From the NCBI RefSeq assembly GCF_009914755.1, contig NC_060936.1: a stretch of 64,000 nt of DNA. One strand, given 5' to 3'. The position numbers and the translations under genes are program-made. The DNA is from the human T2T-CHM13v2.0 reference genome, Homo sapiens. A model generated the notes under the pieces. The model had not been told where the DNA came from and did not search any database. It saw only the letters and a program-made list of their open reading frames with translations. This document shows positions 41,133 to 54,099 of the stretch, piece by piece; position 1 is the first letter of the stretch; each line of letters opens with the position of its first letter.

Positions 41133-43912
41133 TACTCAATTAAGCCTCAAATATCTTTGCTAATGAGATAGAGTAGTGTTAGAGGTGGGAAAGTTGGTGT
41201 TCTAATTTTAACAGTAAGAAAGGTGGGAAAAGCTAATTGAAGACATTCTAGGTTGATATTATGGAAGTAAGCTTGAATAAGAAATACTTAAGGGCAGTTT
41301 TAGTCACAATATATTCAGGCTGCTGATTGTGAAGTAAGAAAAGTTCAGGAAAAACTCTGGGAATCAGTTGAGATCAAAATCAAGACAGGGTCATTCAGTA
41401 TTCAGTTCTTCATATATAAATGAAGAACTAAGAATTGTATTTGTTAATTTTGTGATGTTTTTATTACATATAAGTAGCTCAGAACCCAAAGAAGATTAAC
41501 CAATAAATGTAATCACTGAATTTAGAAGACATTTCACTATCCCATGTTTATGTATTTATTGAGTCAGTTTATGTATTCATTCTAACTACATTAGTTGCTC
41601 TGAGTGCCCCCTTTCTATCAAAGATTCTCAAGATTGTCTATCCAGTTAAATTGAAAATCCTTTCCAACTAGAAGATATCTTAGGGAAGAAACACCATGAT
41701 GAATTTTAAAAGATGAACTTCAAGGGGAGGTAGATGAGTGATCCTTATATCTGGTCTATTTTCATCTACTGAGATCACAAACGAAGCCTATAGGAGAAAA
41801 AAATGAACTTTGTTATATATAAAATTAGGGTTTTTGTGTACCACAGGTCCAAGTTATTTGATGAAACAAGTTATTTCACAAATATTCTTTTACTTTGATA
41901 TCTCAAAGTGAGAGGTATAGAAATAGTAGACATTGATTGCATCAGATGCACTAGATTGGATTTATCACAGGATGAATTACCATTTTAGAGTCTCTGATTA
42001 AATCATCCAGAGAATTGTCTTCTAGTTTTGGCATTGTGAAGGAAAATCTGAGGCAACCCTATTTTTTACTTTTTAAATAAATAGGTAAGATTTTCTGTTA
42101 AGCCAAAATGTTTTGAAAGTTTTTCTTCTCCTTTGTACATATTTTATTCATTTTTCTTTTTTTCTCTTTTTTGCTTCTCTTTACATTGGATTTCCCTGGA
42201 ATGTTATAATTTCTTTTAATTAGGTCATGTTTTACCCTGGGATGTATTTCTGATTTTTGCTTCTATTCTGGTCACTATTGTTTCTTTCTCTGAGTATGTT
42301 GGGGTTCAGAAAGTGATATTTCCAAAAACTGGCACTTTGATATTGAGAAGCCTTAGAAGCTGCCTCAGAATCAAGTTTCCTCTAACCCTGTCTCATTCTT
42401 CCCCTAAGGGCAGGGAGGGACTTTCTCCGGAGTTTTCTTACCTGACCCAGAAAGCTATCCAGAAGACAAGCAATTGTCCTAACTGTCTTTAGAGATCTCA
42501 TAAAATAACCAGGAAAGGTCAATTACCTGAGAAGAGACTAGGAGTTATCCCCATGGCCAGAGACTTTCCATCTATTCTTCTGAGAGCAGCTTTAAGAAAT
42601 TACCTGGGAAACTTAATCTGCATAAGGCTTTTGTTCCTGTGCAGCTCTGCCTCTCACCTTCCTGTAATGATTCCAAGATATATACATTTCTCCACTATGA
42701 AAGAGTATTTAAGCAGTAACCATCTGACCCCTCTCTGAGTTCATATTTTGTGCAACTCCTGTGCATACATGGGCAGGTTGATAGACTTTGTACATCTTTT
42801 CTGCTATTAATCTGTTTTTTGCTAGTTGATTTTTTAGTTACCCTTCAGAGGGGGAAGGAAAACTTTCCTCTTGGCCCCTACAGTTTTGGTGATGTGAGTC
42901 GAATAAACAAAACTCCTCTCTCTTTTGTAAGCTGCAGTCAAGGGAACCTAGAACTTAGCGAACCGGCAGAAGTATAAGAATTTGTTATCAGCCAGATTTC
43001 TGGTTGTCTGTCTTTGGAATCCCATCAACTGAATGGTGAAATCACGGTTTGCCTCTTTTTTTTTTTCTTTTTCACATTTAATATTAATGGGAGAAAAGCA
43101 TTTATTTAGACTAGTCTTAGGTATAGCAACTATGATGTATTTTTTTATCTGAATATTCATATTGTCTGATCCTTTTCTTACCAGAGAGTCTTTATTATTT
43201 TCCTTGTCTTTCTGTCTCATTTGTCATGAAGATTCCTTCTCATCTTTTATGTTCTTGAGAGCTTGACTGTGACCAAGTGAGAGTAAACTCTCTTGGTATC
43301 CACCATCGGGGTGAGAATATGATTTTTTGGGTCATTTCCGGTGGCCAATGTGAAAGATCTGGGAACCTGAGTCACGTAAGATATTAAAAGGCACATATTT
43401 TTTTCTCTTAGTTTTCTATGTGTGAAACTCTCAAGGGAGTTTGTCTTAATAAGAGCTCCCACCTATTAGGGGCTTTTGCTGTTTCAACCTTTGTTGCCCA
43501 GTTAGCCTAAGACAGTTTCGACCCAGGAGGACCTACTCAGTGTCATAAATTAATAAGTCTGTGACTGGCAGCCCCCAACAAATATGTGAGATAGTGGAGA
43601 CAGCATATGCACAAACACTGTCCTTATCTGTCCATGGCAACAAGAGTCTTTTGCTATCTTAGCCTATTCCTGGGAGTGAATTTGTGAGGAATCATGAGGG
43701 GATACCTTTTATGTGCCCATTTTTTAAATGCCCCTTACATCCATGGTGTACGCTAAACCTGCAATGTTACCCCTGGGACTTACTGTGAAAAAGGCTTATT
43801 GATTTGAGTCACTTATGGAATAAGTAAATTGGTTATATTTAAAAGAAAACTTTTTTAGAGGGCTCTCGTCTTAAACAACTCACTTATTTGTTTCTATAAA
43901 AAGTACAACAAA

Positions 43913-45441
43913 GGTTTTCTTCTAGGGTTTTTATGGTTTTAGGTCTTATGTTTAAGTCTTTAATCCATCCTGAGTTAATTTTTGTATCAGGTGTAAGGAA
44001 GGAGTCCAGTTTCAGTTTTCTGCATATGGCTAGCCAGTTTTCCCAACACCATTTATTAAATAGGGAATCCTTTGCCCATTGCTTCTTTTTGTCAGGTTTG
44101 TCAAAGATCATATGGTTGTAGATGTGTGGCATTATTTCTGAGTCCTCTGTGCTCTTCCATTGGTCTATATATCTGTTTTGGTACCAGTACCATGCTGTTT
44201 TGGTTACTGTAGCCTTGTAGTATAGTTTGAAGTCAGGTAGCGTGATGCCTACAGCTTTATTCTTTTTGCTTAGGATTATCTTGGCTATACGAGCTCTTTT
44301 TTGGTTCCATATGAAATTTAAAGTAGGTTTTTTCTAATTCTGTGAAGAAAGCCAATGGTAGCTTGATGGTGATAGCATTGATTCTATAAATTACTTTGGG
44401 CAGTATGGTCATTTTGATGATATCGATTCTTCCTATCCATGAGCATGGAATGTTTTTCCATTTGTTTGTGTCCTCTCTTATTTCCTTGAGCAGTGGTTTG
44501 TAGTTCACCTTGAAGAGGTTGTTCACATCCTTTGTAAGTTGTATTTCTAGGTATTTTATTCTCTTTGTAGCAATTGTGAATGGGAGTTCATTCATTATTT
44601 GGCTGTCTATTATTGGTGTATAGGAATGTTTGTGATTTTTGCACACTGATTTTGTATTCTGAGACTTTGCTGAAGCTGCTTATTAGCTTAAGGAGATTTT
44701 AGGCTGAGACGATGGAGTTTTCTAAATATACAATCATGTCATCTGCAAACAGGGACAATTTGACTTCCTCTCTTCCTATCTGAGTACCCTTTATTTCTTC
44801 CTCTTGCCTAATTGCCCTGGCCAGAACTTCCAATACTACGTTGAATAGGCATGGTGAGAGAAGGCAACCTTTTCTTGTGCCAGTTTTCAAAGGGAATGCT
44901 TCCAGCTATTCCCCATTCAGTATGACCCAGCAATCCCATTACTGGGTATACAACCAAAGGATTATAAATCACTCTACTATAAAGACACATGCACATATAT
45001 GTTTATTGCAGCACTGTTCACAAAAGCAAAGACTTGGAACCAACCCAAATGCCCATCAATGGATAAAGAAAATGTGGCACATATACACCACGGAATACTA
45101 TGCAGCCATAAAAAAGGATGATGAGTTCATATCCTTTGCAGGGATATGGATGAAGCTGGAAACCATCATTCTCAGCAAACTAACGTAGGAACAGAAAATC
45201 AAACACCGCATGTTCTCACTCAGAAGTGGGAGTTGAACAATGAGAACACATGGACGCATGGTGGGAAATATCACACACCGGGACCTGTCAGGGGGCAGGG
45301 GGCTAGGGGAAGGATAGCATTAGGAAAAATACCTAATGTAGGTGATGGGTTGATGGGTGCAGCAAACCACCATGGCATGTGTATACCTATGTAACAAACC
45401 TACACATTCTGCACATGTATCACAGAACTTAAACTATATTT
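43913..45441 (+). mobile_element. 5'-inverted L1PA7-like element inside the ERV (antisense ORF2 43913-~44922, sense 3' end ~44923-45441)
   Basis: 15-bp TSD AAAAAGTACA(A/G)CAAA (43898-43912, 45442-45456). RT motif [13 protein letters not shown] on the minus strand. L1PA7-type 3' UTR. Confidence 0.93.
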
Positions 45442-46579
45442 AAAAAGTACAGCAAAAATATAGCATGAAAAAATCTCTTGGAAGATTTTTTTTAAAGGCA
45501 GAAATCAAATTTTAAGAAAATACCCCAAAAATATAGCCTTAAAAAATTTCTTGGGAGGTATTTTTTTAAGGCAGAAATCAGATGTTAAACAAAGGATTTA
45601 AAGTTAAAATCCTTTGTACACTCAAACTGCCTGCTTGTATACCCTGCAAGATTTGGCAAAAAAGGCACTCTACCCTGAAGTCTAGTGGCTAGGGTTCCAT
45701 GCATTCATTGACACACCATGGCACAAGCTCAATTTCCATCAGAGAACCAACCACTTGAAGATGTCATACTTTACCTTGACAAAAAAAGAAATATTTATAA
45801 GAATGAGTTTGAATTATTTGTTTTGAGTTTATATTTGTGTGATTCGACTTTTGAGGGCATCCATTTATTATTGATCTTTCTCCCTTCCATAAGCAGCCAT
45901 TCTTTTCCTGTTCATTGCTAAGTTTCTTTTTCTTTTAGCTGCCTTTGGGAGTGGCTTTGGATCTTGTGAGGACTGCTTCTTTGCATCACTTTGGAGATGC
46001 TCACAAGACCTTGGTTAAATAATAAAAGGCTTATTGGTTTCCATTCTGAGTTACTTGGTAAATATAAATATCTTTAGTTTAAAAGAAAGGAGAAAAGGAG
46101 AAAAAAAGGTTAAAATGCAGGAATATTGGCTGTGTGCCCTGGCTGAAGCCTGATAATAAGAAATTTGAAAAAAAAAAAGATTTTTTAAAGAGGTTTATGG
46201 TCAGAAATTGGCTTAAATAAAAGCTGATATTCAGGCTATATATATATTCTTTTAGAGATGTTTCTGCCTTTTTTGAATCCTGTTTCTCCTCTGGGGACTC
46301 TTTTTAGTCAACTGAAACACTTTTTATAAAAAATTATATGTTTGGTCTCTGCTTTCTTTCTTATTGGAAAATTTTTACTGAGAAAAACATAACATTTTAT
46401 TGGTCTTTTTAGGAAGATTGAAATCTCCCCAAACTGACTCCTTTAAGACTTGTTGTTGCATCTGCTTCTACTCCTTTTTGTCCACCTTCATAGTTCCATC
46501 CAGTTGTCTTTAATCATTGATATGTTTTCCTTCAAGCCTCTACCTCCTCCCTTTGATGAGCAGTGAATGGAGAATTACT

Positions 46580-46595
46580 TACACACACAAACGCG

Positions 46596-46628
<33 letters not shown>
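46580..46628. repeat. (CA)n microsatellite
   Basis: Seen directly. Confidence 0.95.
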
Positions 46629-46630
<2 letters not shown>

Positions 46631-47760
46631 CTGGTTATCACATGAAGGGTTCTAGAGAATCACTTCTAGTGATTCTGAGTCTCCTTAAGGAATATACCCA
46701 AGGCACCACTGGCCCCTTTCGGGGTCAACCGTCTTTCAAGTGGAGCCCCAAGAGTCATGAGGGACTTCAGCCCTATTTGTTAATGGACTCTGCCCTGAAC
46801 TCAGTAATCCAGTTAATAAATAAATTAAAAAGCCACCTACTGAAATAAACTTGTTTCCAAAGTACAACATTCTGACATTTAGATCTAAATTCTGTGTCTT
46901 TGAGATTTAAATGGATATAAATGTTCTACTTTTTTATGTAAGAATCGTCCCATTAAAAGTATAAATTTATGATCGCCTAGCTAACAACTGTTTGGGGCAA
47001 TGGAACAGGTAATAAGAAGATTGATGGTCTGAATGGAAAAGACAAACTATAAGCCAGCAAATGAAGAATCTTACTGAAAGTTATAAGATCTGCTCCTGTT
47101 CATGTCTGTATGTCTATATGTGTCATGTGTGTGTGATATTTCTATGTGATCTGAGATAATATTTGATAAATAAAGCTAGTTTTAAAATTGTTGGCAAAAT
47201 AAAATAGAAATGTCTTCAGAATTTAATTTAGACATTTTTGCCTAAGTCTATTGGTCAGGCAAATTTATCTTCCCAATGCTAGATGTTAAGGTCATAAAAC
47301 TGTTGCTCCTGTGATATTTTATACTTGCTTGATTTTTCCATATGCTAAAACTGCAAAAATTGTTTGTTGGGCTTCCCCAAATTACACATCAATGATAGAA
47401 AACTAGACTTACAAAATTGCTAACTTAACATCAAGCAGAACTAGAATTAACTACATGGGACTAAACTGATGAAGGACTCAAATTACTTTTTTTACTTTTT
47501 AAATTTGAAACATTGCTGATTATTTTTGTTTCTCAGAACCAATTTTTTTTAAGCTACTTATAGCTTGCAGCAATTAGGTAACATGCAAAATGGAAATATT
47601 TACTTTTCTCTCTATTGGATCCCTCCAGAATTCAAAACTATTCATGATTATTCTTATTTTATAGCAATACAGTTGTTGGCATAAGTTTAATAAGAATCTG
47701 TTTTCTTTTGCAACAGGACACAATTAGAGGCACTGGTTATTTTACTAAGAATTTGAGTGG

Positions 47761-48194
47761 TGTATCAGTCTGTTCTTGCATTGCTATAAAGAAATACCTG
47801 AGACTAGGCAATTTATAAGAAAAAGAGGTTTAATTGGCACATAGTTCTTAGGTTATGTAGGAAGCATGATGCTGACAACTGCTTGGCTTCTGGGGAGGCC
47901 TCAGTATACTTACAATCATGGCAGAGGGCAAAGGGAGAGCAGGCACTTTATATGGCCAGAGCAGGAGCAAGTGAGTAGGGGTGAGGGGGAGGTGTTACAT
48001 ACTTTTCAATGAGCAGACCTCACGAGAACTCACTCACTACAAGGAGGACAGTACCAAGAGGGATGGTGCTAAACCATTCATGAAAAACTCACCCTCATGA
48101 TCCAATCACCACCTCCCACCAGGCCCTATATCCAACATTGAGGATTACATTTCAATATGAGATTTGGGCAGGGACACATATTCAAACTATATCA
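47761..48194 (-). mobile_element. MSTA-type MaLR solo LTR inside the ERV
   Basis: TGTATCAGTCTGTTCTTGCATTGCTATAAAG...GGATGGTGCTAAACCATTCATGA...ATATCA. TSD AGTGG/ACTGG. Confidence 0.9.
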
Positions 48195-50144
48195 ACTGGA
48201 ATGTTATAATTTCAAATATGGCCAGACTGCTTTGAGAGACTGAGGTTTACTTTTCTGGGGCCAATTAAAAACCCCAAGAAAAAACTTGACTGGTACCTTG
48301 CGTGTCTATTTTTTACAGAGTTCTTGACCTTGCTTTAAGGAAAGAACAGCACTTTCTGACCGGCTGAAATATTTTGGGATCTTAAACAGAGTGATACTCA
48401 CTTGATTCACACAGGAATAACAGACACAGGCTTTAGTCTCAGGAGGCTTTTAAGAAGTTCAGTCTGAGATTCCTTATTTTTAAAGTTCCAGAAAAAAGGA
48501 TTTAAAACTGCCTAAATGATAAATTACTGTTCTTACTGCACTTTATGCAAATAATCAGGCCAAGTATAATAGGACTACAGCTTATTTTACAAATAAATTG
48601 TTCTTACTATGATTTTGGCTTAAATAGAAGAATGGAAAAACAAAAAGTTGTGTGTCAGAAGAAAACCATAGTGCACCTGTTATTAGATTCAAGCCTTGTG
48701 AATTGTTTTCGATTTTTATTATTAGACTAAAATTTGAACTGAATCCAGAATTCTTTCATGGCTGTAAGTCTCCAAACTAACATTTCCACATTTTTCTCCA
48801 ATTTTTCTGGCTTGGACTCACTGATATTGAAACTACCTTCTTCCCAAGACCCTACAAGATAAAGCTCATGTATAAACTACCTTATGACATGCAAAGTATA
48901 AACCAGAAAAACTTTTCAGGTTGCTACTGCCTGCCTGATGCAACTGGAGATGCTTCAAACAGAAATCTAAGAATCTTCTCAACTGACTGCCCTCCAGACT
49001 CTAAACAAATTAGTTTATAGACTACTCCAGTTAGTAATTTTTATTTTTCTTTTATTTCATAGAAATACCTCTTATTTAAGACTTGTTTGTGTGAATCTTA
49101 TATAGAGGGGTAACTTTGAAAGTCCATTTGCAATGCCATCTCTTTAAATGTGATACAACTGTTTATTTGGACAGGCTTATTCTCACAAAAGGGAGACTGA
49201 TTTAATACACTTCTTTGCCACTTAGTTATTAACTTGATTTTTCTCTTCATAGTCACCAACTCAGGTTTTAGTGAATAAAACTGCTAAACAAATTTCAAAC
49301 AGGGCAATGATAGGGCTCAGAAAATGATACCCCAAAGACTGGTGCATTGGCAAATTTTTTCATTCTCATTACATTAAATTTTGCTAAAATGTTATAAGGT
49401 TTTTGATATCGTTTACTATGTCATGTTTTAGCCCGAGAAATAATTCTTATTTTGCTTCTTTTCTAGTCACTGTGGTTCTTTTCTCTGGGTATGCTGAGGC
49501 ACAAAAAGTGATACCCTCAAAGACTGGTGCTTTGACATACTGAGAGACCTGAGAAGCTGTCTCAGAATCAAGGTTTCTCTCACCTTGTGTCTCTCCACGT
49601 GCATGGAGGTGGTCTCTCTGGAATTTTCTTATCTGACCAAAAATGCTTTCCAAAAAAAAACCAAAAAATGCAATTGTCTTAAGCCGCCTCATTTACTAAC
49701 ATGAAAAAACCAACCACCTGAGAAGAGAAGCCATTGGAAGTCACCATGGCCAGACACACTTCTCGTTTATTCTTCTGAAGACAGCTCCAAAAGATTACCT
49801 GGGGGACTTTATCTGCATAATAAGACAACTTTTATTCTTGGACAGCTCCGGCCCTCACTTTCCTTTAATGTCTGTCTGCTGCCTCCTGGGTCATATGCCC
49901 TATGAAGAGCATATTTAAGCATTAACCCTCTGGCTTCTCTATGAGCTCATAGTTTGTATGACTGTTGTACACACGTGTGCACATTAATAAATTTTGTACA
50001 CTGATTCTTTTATTAATCTACCTTTTGTCAGTTGATTTTTAGCTAAACTTCATAGAGCAAAGGGAATGTGTTCCCTTTCCCTTACAAGTACTACATCTCC
50101 AAAGGTTGGCTATCTTTTTGTTGTTGTTATCATGGTAATAATGA

Positions 50145-52050
50145 TATTTTTTAATTTTTTTATGTTTATAGATTTAGAGGTACAAGGGAAGTTGTGTTAC
50201 ATAGGTATATTGCATAATGGTGAAATCTGGACTTTTAGTGAACCCATCACCTGAATCACCTGAATAGTAAACATTGCAGCCAGTAGGTAGTATTTCCACC
50301 CTCACTCACCTTCCACCGTCCTATTTTTTGGAGTCTCCAATGTCTATTAATTTACTCTATATGTCTATGTGTACCCATTGTTTAGCTCCCACTTATAAGT
50401 AAGAACACAAAGGTTTTCACTTTCCTTTTCTGGGCCATTTAAATAAAGATAATGGCTTTTAGTTCCATCTATGTTTCTGTAAAAGAAATAATTTCATTTT
50501 TAAGGGCTGAGTGGTAATCCACTGTATACACACACATACATTATATGTATATATATAAGACATATGTGTATATATACGTACATATATTATGTATATATGT
50601 ATATTACATATCAAATATATTATTTATACATTATATACATATAATGGATTTCATACTTTATTTTCATATATAAAAATGAAATATCTTTCATATGTATGTA
50701 TATATATAAAAGATATAATCTCATTTTATATATACTTATATTTACATATGTGTGTGTCTATCTATATATATGTGTGTGTATATATATGTCAGTGTGTGTA
50801 TGCACACACCACATTTTAAAATTCAATTATACATTCCTGGACACTTAGTTTGATTCCATGACATTTTTATTTTGAATAGTACTGCAATAAACATACAAAT
50901 GCAGGTGTCTTATTGATATAATTATTTCTTTTCTCTTGGGTAGGAACCAAATAGTTGGAATGTCAGATCAAAAAGTTGCTCTGCTTTTTGTTTGTTGAGA
51001 AAACTCCATACTCTTTTCCATAGAGATTGAACTAATTTCCATCCCCACCAACAGTACATAAGCATTCAATTTTCTTCATGTCACTGATAACATCTGTTGT
51101 TTTTTGACATTTTAGTAATAGCCATTCTGACTGGTATAAGATGTTATCTTATTGTAGTTTTAATTTGCATTTCTTTGATTAGTAATATTGAGCATTTTTC
51201 ATGTGTTTGTTGGCCCCTTGTATGTTTTAACTTGAAAAATGTCTGTTTGTGTCCTTTGCTTACTTTGTAATGAGGTTATTTGCTTTTCTCTTGTTGAATT
51301 GTTTGAGTTCCTTGTAGATTCTTATTCCTAGGTTTTCTTCTTTGATTTTTATAGTTTCAGGTGTTATGTTTAGGTATTTAAACCGTCTTGACTTAATTTT
51401 TTGTATATGGTAAGAAATATGAGTCCAGTTTCATTCCCAGCACCATTTATTGAGTATGGTGCCCTCTTTCCATTAGTTGTTTTTGCTAACATTGTCAAAG
51501 GTCAGTTGATTGTAGGTATATGTATTTATTTTGGGGTTATTTTTTCAGTTCCATGGATCTATGTGTCTATTTTTGTACCAGTACCATGCACCTTTGGTTA
51601 CTGTAGCCTTGTGGTATAGTTTGAAGTCAAGTCATGTGATGCTTCTGCCTTTGTTCTTTTTGCTTAGGATTGCTTTGGCTAGTCACTCTTTTTTGATTAC
51701 ATATGAATTTTAGGATTATTTTTTTCTAATTCTGTGAAAAATGAGATTGGCTCTTTGATAGGAATTGCATTGAATCTGTAGGTTACTTTGGACAGGACAG
51801 TCATTTTAACTATATTGATCCTTTCAATCTATGAGCATGGGATGTTTTTCTATTTGTTTGTATCATCTATTATTTATTTCATCAGTGTTTTGTAGTTCTT
51901 CTTGTGGAAATCTTTTACTTCCTAGGTTAAATGTATTCCTAATTTTGTGTGTGTGACTATTTTAAATGAGATTGAGTTCTTGATTTATCTTGAATGCCAT
52001 TGGGTGTACAGAAATGTTATTTGTTTTTGTTTTGATTGATTTTGTAACTT
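50145..52050 (-). mobile_element. L1PB-type 3' fragment with internal deletions
   Basis: Antisense 3' UTR (ACTTTTAGTGAACCCATCACCTGAAT) and ORF2 (TTTTGTACCAGTACCATGC). Confidence 0.85.
50522..50810. repeat. Degenerate (TA)n/(TG)n low-complexity tract within L1PB
   Basis: Seen directly. Confidence 0.85.
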
Positions 52051-52052
52051 AA

Positions 52053-53691
52053 AACCACATATATGGTGGTGGTCCCATAAAATTATAATGAAGCTGAAAA
52101 ATTTCTATCAAATAAACATCATAACATAATGCATTACCCAGGTATAGAAGATGCTGGTGTAAAGAAACCTATTTCACTGCCAGTTGTGTAAAACTATAGC
52201 ACATACAATTATGTACAGTACAAAATATAAATAACAATAAACAGCTATGTTATTTATGTATTTACTATATTATACTTTTAATCTTTTAGAGTATAGTCCT
52301 ACTTATTTAAAAAAAAATAAAAGTTAGCTGTAAAGCAGCCTCAGGTAGGTCCTTCAGGAGTTACTCCTGAAGAAGGCAGTATTATTGCAGAAGATAACAG
52401 TTCCATATGTGTTATTGCTCCTCAAGACCTTCCAGCAGGACAAGATGTGGAGATGGAAGACAGTGATGTTGATGATTGATATGGTTTGGATTTGTGTCCC
52501 TGCTCAAGTCTCAAGACCTTCCAGCAGGACAAGATGTGGAGATGGAAGACAGTGATGTTGACGATTAATATGGTTTGGATCTGTGTCCCTGCTCAAGTCT
52601 CATGGGAGTGGTTTCTCATGAATGGTTTAACACCATGACCCTTGGTACTGTCATCATAAATGTGAGTAGTGAGTTATAGTGAGATCTAGTTATTTAAGTA
52701 TGTGGCACTTCCCCTGGCTCTTTCTTGGTCCTACTCCTGCCACGTAAGATGCCTGTTCCCACTTCGACTTCCATCATAAGTAAAACCTCCCTGAGACTGA
52801 GGCCTTCCCAGAAGCAGACACTGCCATGCTTCCTGTACAGCCTGCAGAACCATGAGCCAGTTAAACCCATTTTATTTATAAATTACCCTGTCTCAGGTAT
52901 TTCTTTATAATAGTGTGAGAATGGACTAATACAATAATCTTGACCCTGCGTAGACCCAGGCTAATATAGGTGTTTGTGACTTCATTTTTGACAAAAATAT
53001 TTAAAAAGAAAAAATAAAAATAAACATTTAAATATAGTAAAAGCTTATAGAATGAGGATATAAGGAAAGAAAATATTTTTGTACAGCTGTACAGTGTGTT
53101 TTCATTTTAAGCTGTGTTATTACAAAAGCATCAGAAAGTTTACAAAAACAAAGTTTATAGAGTAAAAACATTACACTAAGTTATTTATTAAGCTAGGTTA
53201 TTTATTTAGTAAGCTAAGTTAATTTATTGAAGAAAGAAAGGTATTTTTAATGAATTTAATGTAGCCTAAGTGTACAGTGTTTATAAAATCTACAGTAGTG
53301 TACAATGATGTCCTTGGCCTTCACATTCACTCACCACTCACTGAGTCACCCAGAGCAACTTCAGTCATACAAGCTCTATTTATGGTAAGTGCCTTATGAT
53401 TGTGTAACATTTTTTATTTCTTAGACTATATTTTTACTGTACCTTTTCTATATTTAGATATGTATAGATACACAAATACCTAGCATTGTGTTACAATTGG
53501 CTAAAATATTCAGTACAGTAACATGCTGTATGGGTTTATAGCCTTGGAGCAGTAGGTTATATATACCATATAGCCTAAGTGCGTAGTAGGCTTTACCATC
53601 TAGGTTTGTGTAAGAATGCTCTATGGTGCTTCCACAATGATGAAATCTCCTAGTGATGCATTTCTCATTCCTCACTATGCACGCATGACTA
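52053..53691 (+). mobile_element. Tigger3b (MER7/Golem) DNA transposon, left terminus missing, interrupted by MST
   Basis: GGTGGTCCCATAAAATTATAATGAAGCTGAAAAATTTCTATC. Right terminus CGCATGACTA followed by TA. Confidence 0.85.
52477..52933 (+). mobile_element. MSTA/B MaLR solo LTR with duplicated 5' end
   Basis: TGATATGGTTTGGAT at 52477 and a second copy at 52566. Ends GGACTAATACA. TSD ATGAT or ACGAT / ATAAT. Confidence 0.88.
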
Positions 53692-54099
53692 TATTAACAA
53701 ATATCTTGCTCTCTATGACTTGCTGTATATGCAATGTCTTTCTGTGTTACCCATTTATTCTTTTTACCATTTGATGCATTTTTGAGAACACATGACGCTT
53801 CAGGTAGGATGACTGATGAGGATGACACAGAGGTGATAGCAAATATGAACCAGGTGCTACTGCTTTTTGTTTATTCCCTTATTTTCTGCTCAAGTCTTTT
53901 CTGAGAGTAGCAGAGATAATAAATATTAAGAACAGGAAGAGTAAAGACAATGGAGTGTAGAATTCTAAATGTCTCAAAAAGAGTGTCTCCACAGTAACAT
54001 ATATATTTGTAAAATATTTTTAAAAAGATGTATATGACTGGAAAAAATGGAAGTAAACTATATTTCTTCTATATAGTTTGATTATATATACATGTTTAC

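Larger units (their letters stand above)
42297..50086 (+). mobile_element. MER4-group ERV1 provirus (MER39/LTR49/MER34-like LTRs): 5' LTR 42297-42882, non-coding internal region, LTR stub 49308-49352, complete LTR 49492-50086
   Basis: Homologous TG...CA LTRs. TSD AGTA (42293-42296, 50087-50090). PBS-like TGGTGATGTGAG after the 5' LTR. Degenerate purine tract before 49308. Exact family uncertain. Confidence 0.85.

Noticed and set aside
43884-44890. Active L1 ORF2
   Set aside because: Truncated, inverted and frameshifted.
46656-46676. 9-bp stem hairpin AGAATCACT-TCT-AGTGATTCT
   Set aside because: Short enough to occur by chance in 64 kb and lies within the ERV internal region.
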